Positions 1 to 10,821 of a stretch of 64,000 nt of DNA are shown one piece after another; the first letter of the stretch is position 1, and each line of letters starts with the position of its first letter. The notes under the pieces were generated by a model. The model was not told the origin of the DNA. It searched no databases and worked only from the letters and a program-made list of their open reading frames with translations. The DNA is taken from contig MU058059.1 in the NCBI GenBank assembly GCA_013265495.1, positions 2,889,502 to 2,953,501 of the forward strand, written 5' to 3'. The translations under genes and the position numbers were made by a program. Source of the DNA: Vicugna vicugna. Lineage: Eukaryota.

Positions 1-283
1 TGAGAGGCTAAGAACCTTCTACTGGAAGCTCTGTCTTCCCAGAGATCCCCCTGCATGTCTCCTTGGCCAGATGCCGGTCATATACCATTCCCTGAGCCAC
101 CTGCTGACAAGGAGAGCAGAATGTGAGGGAGTCAGACAAATCCGCCTTCACCCTGACCCTGACCAATGGACGAGCTCTGCCTGAAGCATGTAAGCTTCAC
201 GGAGCAATGTGAGTCCCTGGGCCAGAACCAGAGGGGGAGGAAGAACGCAGCCTGTCCCTCCTTGTGGTGGATGCTTCTCAGTA

Positions 284-500
284 CAGACAGCCCTCTCTGC
301 ATGGTCCTGGGACTTCAGTAACTTCGGTTAGCACAGTTTAGTTAAATAAGTCCACTCCCCCAACAGTTCCAGTTTCTGTCACCACAGTGCATTAACTATG
401 AGTAATTGCAAAAAGCACAAACTTCACATCTAGCTTTTAAGTCTGCACATGACTATGTAAGTCCCAGGTGTGCATCATAATCATCTAACCGCCACGTGCC
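284..500 (+). mobile_element. Old TcMar-Tigger DNA transposon fragment (Tigger13-like)
   Basis: Begins after TA (282-283); 'gcacagtttagttaaataa...caccacagtgcattaactatgagtaattgca' resembles the recalled Tigger13-type left end. Not verified by search. Confidence 0.4.
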
Positions 501-1498
501 GTGGACACGCTGAAGAACAGGGTGGACTCCCACCAGAGTATGGTTTGGATGTCATGTGCACACCAAGAGGGCGTGTTTGTTATTTACATAATTAAAGCTT
601 TCTGGGGAGAATAGGTGGGTCTTCCAAGCTAGTGTGAAAATGGCTTGGGAGCAAAGTGAAGGAGACAGGCTCGGAGTTTGTGGTGCTTCCAGTTTGCTTT
701 GTGGGCAGTGCTGGAGTTTTACAAGTCAGGTTGGCAGAGTAGCAACCACAGGACTCTGCATTACTAAACCCAGTTCTAAATAAAGCTGAAATTTGGTGGG
801 TTACGTGATCATTCTGGGCAAATGTGCCAGCTCCTATCGTATTTAGAACCCTGTGTTCTGAGGTGCTCAAGTTCACGCTGAGGAATTTGCTAAACAAATC
901 CCTGGCAAAGAATCAGAGCAGTGATTTTCTGTATCCTTAAATCCTTTCAAGTAGAAATGGCAAAACATACTCCCAGAGTCCACAATTCCTAAACTTTTGG
1001 AGTTTCAATCTTGGAGTTTCTTGCTACTGTCTGAGTTTTAACTCACTCACTTCCCCAAAGGAGTAGGCTCTTTATTTATTTTAAAAGTTAAACGGAATAA
1101 AAACTTCTGCACTTTGAGTGAGGCAGCAATCTGGGCTAAAAAGAAATGATTTCACGTGTTTCCTATGGAAAACGGAAGACAGGCCTGCTCAGTCTACCTC
1201 CCAGGCATGGTAGGTGGTGTCTGTGCCCTAGCAAGCAAGCAAGCAAGCGAGGGTGGGTCCGGCGCCAAGGTGGGGGCAGGTGTCTAGCCGGAGCTGGCCG
1301 GGGACTTTCGAGCCCCCGGGGACAGTGCAAGTTTGCGGCAGTGGTTCGGGAGAGTGTAACAGATTTGGGGAAGATGGTTAATACACTGGGCTGGTGTTTG
1401 GGGGCTGTGCTCAAGGACAGGAGGTAAAGAGGAGTGAAATAGGAAAGGGGGTGGGGATGGAGGAGAAAGGGAAGGTAAAAGCACGGCAGAAAGAAATG

Positions 1499-1625
1499 GG
1501 GGAAAGGAGGGGATACCTCAGTGGTAGAGTGCGTGCGTGCACGAGGTCCTGGGTTCGAGCCCCAGTATCTCTGTTAAAATAAATAAATAAATAAAACCTA
1601 GTTGCCTCCCCTCACCCCCCAAAAA
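1499..1625 (+). mobile_element. Vic-1-like tRNA-derived SINE
   Basis: A-box-like 'tacctcagtggtagag', B box 'ggttcgagccc', (TAAA)n tail then 'cctagttgcctcccc'; imperfect TSD aaagaaatg (1490-1498)/aaagaagtg (1626-1634). Confidence 0.8.
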
Positions 1626-1740
1626 AAAGAAGTGAGAGGGAAGAAAGGGCAATGGAGGCCGGGCAGAGGGTGGGGGAAACTGGGGTTGGGGGGCGCGGGG
1701 AGAAGGCGCGGTGGCCAGTGGGCGCGGCGGTCGGTCCTCC

Positions 1741-1912
1741 NNNNNNNNNNNNNNNNNNNNNNNNNNNNNNNNNNNNNNNNNNNNNNNNNNNNNNNNNNNN
1801 NNNNNNNNNNNNNNNNNNNNNNNNNNNNNNNNNNNNNNNNNNNNNNNNNNNNNNNNNNNNNNNNNNNNNNNNNNNNNNNNNNNNNNNNNNNNNNNNNNNN
1901 NNNNNNNNNNNN
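1741..1912. other. Assembly gap (172 N)
   Basis: Run of N directly visible. Confidence 1.
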
Positions 1913-1943
1913 GCAGCGGGCCGCGCGGGGGCCGCATGCGTGC

Positions 1944-2169
1944 ATGGATCCGGGCGCCGCGCTGCAGAGGCGGCCCGCGGGCGGCGGCGGCCTGGGCTCG
2001 GGCTCCCCGGCGCTGTCGGGCGGCCAGGCCCGCCGGAGGAAGCAGCCCCCCAGACCGGCCGACTTCAAGCTGCAGGTCATCATCATCGGCTCCCGCGGCG
2101 TGGGCAAGACCAGCCTGATGGAGCGCTTCACCGACGACACCTTCTGCGAGGCCTGCAAGTCCACCGTGG
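1944..2169 (+). CDS. RAB12: RAB12 small GTPase, coding exon 1
   Basis: ATG at 1944: [10 protein letters not shown]...[37 protein letters not shown], with P-loop GSRGVGKT; donor G|GTAAGG at 2170, phase 1. Six exons total 735 nt = 244 aa plus stop, matching the known RAB12 protein. Confidence 0.97.
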
Positions 2170-5100
2170 GTAAGGCTGGCGCCGGGCCGCGCGCTGGGGC
2201 CTCGCGGGGCAGCAGCCTGGGCGATGCATACGGGGACGGCCGGGGGCGCCCTCCCCCCCTGCCCGAGGCCAGGCCGAAACCCCCGTCCCCGCGCAGACTC
2301 GTCACGAGGCCGGTGAGGCGCGGGTCCCGTCCCGCCCGGAGACGGTGTGAGCATCTTTCCGTGGAAACTCGGCCCCCACACTGCTCTTCAGGAAGAAGGG
2401 GGTGACAGGCGGGGCGGGCGGCCGGTGGGGCGGGCTCGGAGCTGTGCCCTGGCTCGCTGGCCAGAGGGGGTCATCTGTGGCGAATTTTGGCGCCTGAGCT
2501 TTCCCCACTGTAACCTCGGCTTATTTAATCATTGTGAACTCCCTTCTTGGTTGCGCGGAGATAATGAAGTTGTAAGTTCCCTCTGGAGGGCCTAAGGGGA
2601 ATATCAGACCAACACGCCGCTGAGTATCTTCTTTTGACTACAAACGCGGGCAGAGGGACTTGAGCTGTCTGACCTCAGATAACCCTGGGACTCGAAAAGT
2701 GGGGAGGAGGCCTCGGCGCCGCCAGGTGGGTGAAGTTCAGCGAAGTAACTGCGGTAACGCCCGGGGGCAGGAAGTATCCGGTCCTGAGGCTGTAAAATTG
2801 GAACTGCAGGGGAAGTTTTCTGATGAAGTCACATGGACGAGCCTTGGCGTTGCGGTCGGTCAGGTCAGCGTGGGGAGCTTTTGTTTCTATGGAAAACCCC
2901 GACAAAGCTGTTAAAGGTGGGGGAACCCCGCAGATGAGACAGTTCTTCAAAATAAAGAGCAGTCACCTTCAGTAATAGGCAGGAGGGATTCCCCTAGGGG
3001 AGGTCCGGGAAATAATAAACAGTAGGTAAATATGAAATTAAGAATTCAGAGCGCAAATTCAGAATTGAAAGTATCGTTTCACATAGCTGTACCTGTATTT
3101 TGTTTTGTAACCAATAGTCATTTCAAGGTGATACAGTTAGGGATTGTCATTGTAACAAAATATTTAAAATGTCTTCCTGGAAAATTCACCCAACCCCGAC
3201 ACCAGTTTTTGTGTTGTCTTTTTATTTTGCTTGTGAAAATGTGTTTCCCTTTATACTTTTTTTTATAATAGATCATTTTGGAAGTATTTGTGTTCTCTGT
3301 CCCCAGTTTGTTTTTGAGATCTTGGCCTTGGGACCATGATGTTAAGTTCAGTAGCACAGCTCAGACCTGTTTCAAATATCTACTCTTGGATCATATAGAG
3401 TACAGGGAGTTAGTAAACCATCAACTGAGGGTTTGGGCTGCTACTTTAGTAGCTGATATAAATAAAATAGAGCCAAAAGCAATTAAGAATTATCTTATAT
3501 GACTCCACGCTTAAAATTATGTAAAGTGAGGGATAGCGCAGTTGTACTGTGTGATAAAGGCATAACGGGGGCTAACAGGGCTTGCGTGGCTGGAGCGGGA
3601 GATGGGGTGAGCACAGGTGCCCTTTAGGACTGGGTGGAGGAGAGATGAGGGGTTTTCTAACTCGGGGCCAAGTGGAGTAGCACCTTCACGATCTAGGAAA
3701 GACTCGTTCAGGGACATGGGGACCTTGGCAGCCATGCCAAGGAGTGTGGACCTTCTCCAACAGCCGCTGGAGCCGTGAGGGCCTCTGGGTACAGTCCTGG
3801 CAGGGAAACGGTGAACCTAATCAGGCAGGATTGCGTAGGGTGTTTGGGGATCAGGAAGAAGCCAGGAAGCGAGGAGACCCGGCAGTTGGTTCCTCTGTCC
3901 CCTTAGCAAACAAACGTAAACACACACACATACGATGCACACGCCTCCCCACGCTGCTTCCCCTGTGGGGTTCTTCATGCACTTGGATCTTGTCTTGCTC
4001 GTTTCTGTTTCCTCCATATGTGGTCTGTGGCTCTTGGCTTGATACGTATTTCCTAATCGTGGGAAGTTCAGAGAAGGGTAACTTCTGGTCTGACCCAGAG
4101 TGTGAGGACAGTTAGCCAACGAGCCCCCTTCGACCTCCTCGGCCACTGAGTTGCTTTTTCCTTCCACTTATCCAGTCACTTATTGAGCACCTGCTGTGTG
4201 CTGGGCCGTGCTACCCACGGCGGGGGGTGGGGGTGGGGTGGGCCTAAGTGCCAAAGAGGACATAGCCTCTGACCAGATGGGGCTCAGATGGGGGGGGGGA
4301 GCAGGGTGCTGCAGGGTGACCAGGGCAGCAGAGACCTGTGTGCAGCGTGTCTGGGGGGCCGGAGGGAGCCCCTCCCCTTGGGGTGGGGTGCTCCTCCCCC
4401 AAAGGCTGTGAAGATAAGTTCATTCCTGGAGTTCCTTTAGGAAAGCTATTGACATGTGCCGCTGGGTGTGGTGTCGGGTTGTGGTTTCCCCACCTGACTG
4501 CCTCCCATCTGGGCAGGTAGCTCACAGGGTTCTTCTGAGGCCAGTTGGTCGGATGTGCAGGGAGCAGGCAGCCCCACACAGATTCTCCTATGGAATCTTC
4601 TCTGCAGGGCAGGCCTGGGGACGCTGCTGCCCGGGATGCCGAGTCTGGGAAAGACCGGGGCCCCGCAGCCGCAGCCAGAGCAGGTGCAGGCCCGGTGGGT
4701 CACTGAGGCAGGCGATGGCCTCACAGACCTCAGGCTGGAAGCCAGCATCTCCGGTGAGCGCCTTTATAAAGCAAGTCAGACTCGCCGGACTTTCTAGAAA
4801 AGAGCGTGGCCAAAATCCCCGAGGGGCTGAGATAATAGGCCTGTGTTGTAAAGTTATGAATGAGCAGAATGTTGATGTTTGTTGTGGTTATATTATTAAT
4901 CAGATCAGAAGTTGATTTGGTTTAGAAGACACAGAACTCACCAGCGTACGAAAAGTAGACCGTTGTTAATCATTGACCTGTCTAATGAAAATTGTCTAGG
5001 TGGCGTATTATTTTCAAATGGGATTTTATATTCGTGGAGTCGAGTTACGTAGTCTGGTCCAGCTAGCATAGTTGGACGGGTTCTTGGAAAGGCCCAAGAG

Positions 5101-8094
5101 CAGCTTTTTGAAATTTGGGGGAATGGAAAATAACCTGTGGCTGTAGAAATTCACAACTGTCTGTCTAAATCCACCCCCTACCAAAAACCAAAAGACATAA
5201 AATTATGTATTTGTCAACCTTTGTTTTACTTTTATATAACCTATTGGAAGCTAACTGTTAGTTTTGTTTGGATCAGAATGATTTTAGCAGGCAGTGCCTG
5301 CTCCCCCGCTTTCCGCCCCGCCAAGCAGCGTTACATTCTAGAAAAACTCTAGAACAGGATTTAGGAGGCTGGGCTCTTGATTTAAGCTCTGCCACCAATT
5401 AGTTTGTGGCTTTGGATGAGTAATGTATTGTCTTTGCATGTGAAAGACTGCGTTCTGTTAGTGGTATGTTCTATAGAATTCCACGTTCTACAGTTTCTTG
5501 AGCCCATACTGTGTACCAACAAAAGGATGCCCTTTCTAAACCTCACAACAGTCCTGAAAGTTTCCCCATTTTGCAGGTGAGGACGCCAAGTCCCAAAAGG
5601 TGGACAGCTCACCCACAAGGACGCAGAGGTCCCAGGTGGTGAGGGCCAGGGCTAAGTGAGTTCTGTGTGTCTGTTCCTTAGCTGACTTTGAGATTTAGAT
5701 TTACTTTACTCTGTGAAAATTCTGACAGTTCAGAATCGGGCACCATGAAGCGCTTTCCCACGTACCTCGTTACCCTACGGTGTCACTGAAATCGACTTCC
5801 TTTAACTGGGTCCCTATCATTTGTCACTTTCTTCTGGGAATTAAAATAATGCTCTAAGCATTGCATTTCTTACCTAAATATTCAGTCAGTCAAATATCTT
5901 AAGCCTTTCACATATCTATTAAAATGTCCCCAAATTTGGCATATTTAAATAGAGGAAAATGAGGAGTAAGACAGTTTAGACTAAAATTCTGATTTTTCCT
6001 GGACAGTAAAGTTTCTTCCAAAGTGCCAGAGGCCAACACAGGGTTGCCATTCTTTCATTTTGCCACAGAAGGACTTAAATAAAAAACCCACTGTCACCAA
6101 CTTTTCAAAACAAAAATAAAGACAACTTAATATGAAGTAGACCAAAAAAATCAGGAAAGACAATGTCAGGATTTCCAAATTATTTAAATTCAGTCTGAGG
6201 ACCTCACCACCCTGCCTTCATCTTTCTTACTTTGCAGTGATGCATTCAAGTCCCAGCCCGACCCCGAGGGCAGGTGGTCTTGGAAGACGCCCTGTCCTCC
6301 CTCAGCTACGTGTCATAGCCTCTGTTCTCGGGGGAGCACGCCCCTTGGGTCTCGTGTGGGGATGGGGCTCCCGGGGCGGGAAACCTCGGGGTGCAGGTGG
6401 ACTGTGTGTCAGTGGGGCCAGCAGTGGAGCTGGAAGCAGAATGGAGGGGTCTGAGAAACAGGTGGATGTGGACCTCATGCAGGTGTGGCCGTCTGGGGAC
6501 TGGCCTTGAATGGTAGGTTGTCACCTACCTCGCTGACTGGATGAGACGCGGGCCACCAGGAGCCGGTCTGCTTTGCCCAGAAGCAGTGGGACCGCTGTCA
6601 AGGGAACCTGCCTGCTTGTACTTTGTTCTGGAAATGTAGGTCGGGGTTTTTGTTAGGAAGCCCAGGAGGAACGTGTAACACTGGACTGAAATTCTAAGCT
6701 GTGTGTTTGATTTTGCCCTTCTGTGATCACGTGCAGCCTTCCCAGCCGCGGCTGAGCTGCCTGAGCGTGTCACTTAGTCCCGAATGCCCCGTCCGGAGCC
6801 CAGACGCCGAGGCTCTGCCGTCGGTCCCTCCCCTGCCAGGATGATGTAACACCATGACTCAGGGAGATGGGAGCGTGGGAGGAACATTCGGTTTCGTGCC
6901 CGCATGTGCTCTGCGTGTGTGACTTGGCTTGTTTAATGAGCCTCAGGCAGGCCGAAGGGCTTGTGCAGGACGCATTTGTGGGATGGAGTCGCTGTCCTTC
7001 AAAGAAAAGCTGCCATCAGGTTGTTGAGATTGATTATAAATCTGTTTAAATTCTTTGACTGTCAGGCACTCTTGCTGGAGAAGAAAGGTCTCGTTGTGCA
7101 GGACAAGAGTGACCAGGCCCTGTGAGGTGGCCTCTCCTCCGGCAGTGGGGTCTGCCGACCCCCTGCCAGGGACCCAGGGACCGGCCTTGGAAGGCAGACC
7201 CGGCTCCTTGGAGGAGCTGACGGGGCCGCGGTGTCCTCCAGCCTCCCGTGCCAGAAACATGGTTCTAATTAAGCACCTGTTTGAACTTGTGAAGAAAGCA
7301 GAGCTTTGTACGGGAGTCAGCACATTTTTGGTGCCAGGCGGCTCACACTCCTGCGAGACGTTGGTCTGCTGGCCGTTCCCTGGGGCACGAAGCGCTGAGC
7401 TGACTTGTCCCTTGCAGGAGGGGAGCGAGCCATGGAGAGGGTCCCTGTGGACCGGGTGGCGCCCTTACACTCCAGCAGGGGAAGGAGTGGGCTCTTCTCC
7501 CTTTGTCCTTGAATTGCACACCTTTGACCTTTGGATAGTGTTTAGAAGACCAGAACTGCAGGCCCAGAATAGCACCCTTAATTGAATGTGATTATGTCTT
7601 GTTTTGTTTTTAAATCTTTACTCTTTAAAACTAGAAAATACCACCCAAGCTTAACAGAATAGGAAACCTCTTACCCCCCTGCCCCCGCCAGCCTCCGCTT
7701 GCTCTCCAGTGCTGACTGTACTGCCTTCTCAGTTTCCAAACCAAACCACCACCTGCAGACCCACCTCAGGCAAGCATGTGGTGGAAGTTGCCCGTGAGAA
7801 AATGAAACTCTCCTGGTTGTCCCAGTGTAATTTAACACAGAAACTTCAGGACTCCCTGAGGCATGTCTGGGTCGGAGGCACAGCCTCCCCAGGGAGGACC
7901 CCTCGGATCCCCCCCAGGCCTGCTGCTGCTCTGCACGCTGCTGCACATTCGCACGCCTACAGCCGGACTTCCACTCCTGATTTTTCATTTAAAGGAAACA
8001 CTGGACCTGCTCCTTGGCCACTCCTGCCATCGTAGGTGCTCCCCCGCGGAGTGTGATCAGCGGGAAGAGTGGGTCGGGGAGGGGTGGGCAGACG

Positions 8095-8175
8095 GTCCTG
8101 GATTCAAGTCCCAGCTCTGCTCGCTCTGTCTGTAGGCCAGCGACTTCACTTCAGTTTCTTCCTTCGTGACAAGAA
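8095..8175 (+). mobile_element. MIR fragment
   Basis: 'cctggattcaagtcccagctctgc...cttcagtttcttcc' matches the MIR core pattern. Confidence 0.45.
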
Positions 8176-8774
8176 AAAAGAAGCAGAGCTCACACTCTTC
8201 CTGTCTCCGGCTGCGGGAATGGATGGGGATGAGGTAGCTTATGTCCCTGGGCCAGAAAAGGCAACTGTGAACCTTCCCTTCTCCTCCTAGTTTATGCTCC
8301 AGACGCGGAGACTGAAACACTAAGAAGTCATTCAGCGTGTAAGCACGCGACCTGGGTCAGGGGGAAAAGCTCTGACCGTCCTGCGTCTGTTTCAGGGACC
8401 GGCCTGAGCAGTAGTCAGGTTAGTATTTCTGCATTTGAAGAAAACGCTATTGACCCACCATTTGATCACCTGGGGTCATTTTCCAGATCTTCCTCTGCAC
8501 TCTCTTCCTCTGGTGACCAAGAGGCCGCGGTGACTCCTGCTTTTCAGACACGGTCTTTGTGGTGCCAGGGGGCAGAGCCGGGCCTGCTGGTACAGGAGCC
8601 ATCTGTCTGAGCCGGCCAGCCCCTCCCTCTTGCTTCTATAATACTTCCCTGGCAACACAGTTTTTTTTTTGACATTAAATACATGTTCACAGCTCCCTCC
8701 AGGGAGGGAGTCATCAGGGGAGGCCACACGGTGTGTCCTCAGGAGCCCGAGTTCCACCCCGCACGCCCACGCAC

Positions 8775-8945
8775 AGCGCTTGCTGACCTCGGGCAAGGAG
8801 CTGGCCACTCTGGCCTCAGTTTTTCATCCAGAGAACGGAAACACTGATTGTTTCTACCTACGAAATTGTCCAAAAGATCTCTGCAGTGAGTTAGTTGATG
8901 TACACGGACACCTCAGAACAGCACTTGGGGCACAGGAAACTCGTG
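8775..8945 (+). mobile_element. MIR fragment
   Basis: 'tgacctcgggcaag...ggcctcagtttttcatcc...cagaacagcacttggggcacagg' follows the MIR consensus order. Confidence 0.55.
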
Positions 8946-10789
8946 AGAGGCAGTTCTGACCCTGACCGTGGGGGGAGCCGCCCCTTCCCTCCCTGGGCAG
9001 CTGTGTCTGTTCCAGCCCAGTGCAGGGCCACAGGCACGCCCCGCCTGGACTGAGAGGCAGGGCTTCTCAGGCTCGGGGCAGACATTTAATATCCTCGGGC
9101 CGGAAAGCAAATGCTTTATAACGACACGAGGTTATCGTACCTATGTTAATAGTGCCCACTTCTGGGACAGTCATGTATTTTACAATCTCAGACTTAGTTT
9201 CTGTTTCCTTGAATTCTCATAACTCGGCTTAAGTTGGAAAAGCCCAGATAATATTAAGCAATGGGCTTACACAGGCCCGGGTGCCTCCTGGAGACGGTGC
9301 GGAAGCTGGTCTACCTGCTGCTGGTGAGCACCGCCCGGCCTCTGTCAGGTGCTCTCCTGCGGGCTCCGTCCTGTCCTCTCCCCGGGAAGGTGCTGGAGAG
9401 GCGGGAGCTGGCCTCACGGTCAAGTGATCTGATGTTAGACTGGCCTCTGTCTGTGACCTTGGCCTTGACCCAGTTCTTAGCATACTTCCTCACTGTCAAC
9501 TCCCTGTAGGTGCTGGAAACCTCTCTGTTAGTAGCAGTGCTGTGTCCCAGGCTGAGTGACTCTGCAAAAGACCTGTGTCCTTGGGGGAAAAGCCAGCGTG
9601 TGAACCGCAGGGTGGTTAGTGTCCAGTGGCAGTGACATCGTAAACACTGCTTGAATTGGGGCTTATTTTGAAGTCTGTGAAATCCTTCAACTTCCTGAAA
9701 GTGTGACGTAAACTAAAATCATAGTCTGGTGCCAGCGCCTGGCCTTTGCTGTTGCCGGTGGGCCGAAAGGACGGCCCCTCAGCTATAACCACAGCCACTG
9801 GCCACTGTCAGTTTTGCTTTTATTTAGCTTTCTGCTGGACGGGAATGTGAAGGGAGAAGCTTCTGTTTATTTCTGCTGTTTTTCATTTTTGTAGCTTCCC
9901 ATGCCCCAGCAAAGTGCAGTCGAGTCAGGTTCTTCTGGGGATGTTCTGCCTTCGGGGGCTTTGAAATCCCACCAGCACAAAGGAGGACAGTTCTTTGTGA
10001 CCTAGCTGAGGTTTACGGGAGATAAATACAGAGAGGACAGTGCAGAGTTAAGCTTTGTTTTTCAGCAGCCCGACTATGCTGATTCTGGGCCATCTGCTGG
10101 AATTTTCGCACTTTTCCTCGTTCCCGCGCATCTGACTTCTGTCATAACCTCTGATTGTGGGCGGCGTTACGAAGTTGAATCTAGGTTCTGCCTCTCAACT
10201 GGCACGCAACGTGACCTTGAAGCAGAGTGCCTCGTCCTCTGTCGCTCTGGTGTCTCCTCTGTGAGATGAGGAGGGTCTGCCAGCCCGCTGGGCAGCTGCA
10301 GGCGCCCAAGTGTGGGACGTCAGCACAGAGGGTCTGATGGATACCCACTGTCACTGTCACTGTCACTGACGGAGTTAAGATCAGGAAGAGGCAGCAGCTG
10401 GAACAGGACAGTCTTGATAGAAAGCGGGGTGACAGCCCTGTGACGGTGGCCTTCCTGGTGGGAATATTTCTAGGAAGACTCGGCACGTTGGTAACCTTGA
10501 GGACAGGTGGGCTCCTGTCACCCAGCAGAAGAGTCATGTGGTGCCGGCTTCCCTGCCGTGTGCCTGAGGAAACTACTGGAATCAAGCCCTGGGAGGGGCG
10601 TGTGCAGGGAGGATGTGGGCACACTGAGACTGTCCATCCACGAAGGATTTACCATCAGTAACAGGAACTGGAGGAGAAGTAAAGCGCTCCGTTTCCAGGA
10701 TGACGCGTGGGTGCTGAGCACCCGCTTCCTGCTGCTCTGCCCCCAGACGCCCTCAGGACAGAGCATCCGCCCTTCCTTCCTGCGACTCA

Positions 10790-10821
10790 GCGTGTGCGCG
10801 CGCGCGCGCGCGCGTGTGTGT
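10790..10821. repeat. Alternating purine-pyrimidine tract with (CG)9 core
   Basis: gcgtgtg(cg)9tgtgtgt; the CG run spans 10797-10814. Confidence 0.95.

Larger units (their letters stand above)
1650..2900 (+). promoter_or_regulatory. RAB12 promoter CpG island
   Basis: Very high GC and CpG density around coding exon 1, GC boxes (e.g. ggggcgggcgg ~2410), NRF1-like 'cgcatgcg' at 1933-1940; includes the gap 1741-1912. Confidence 0.85.
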
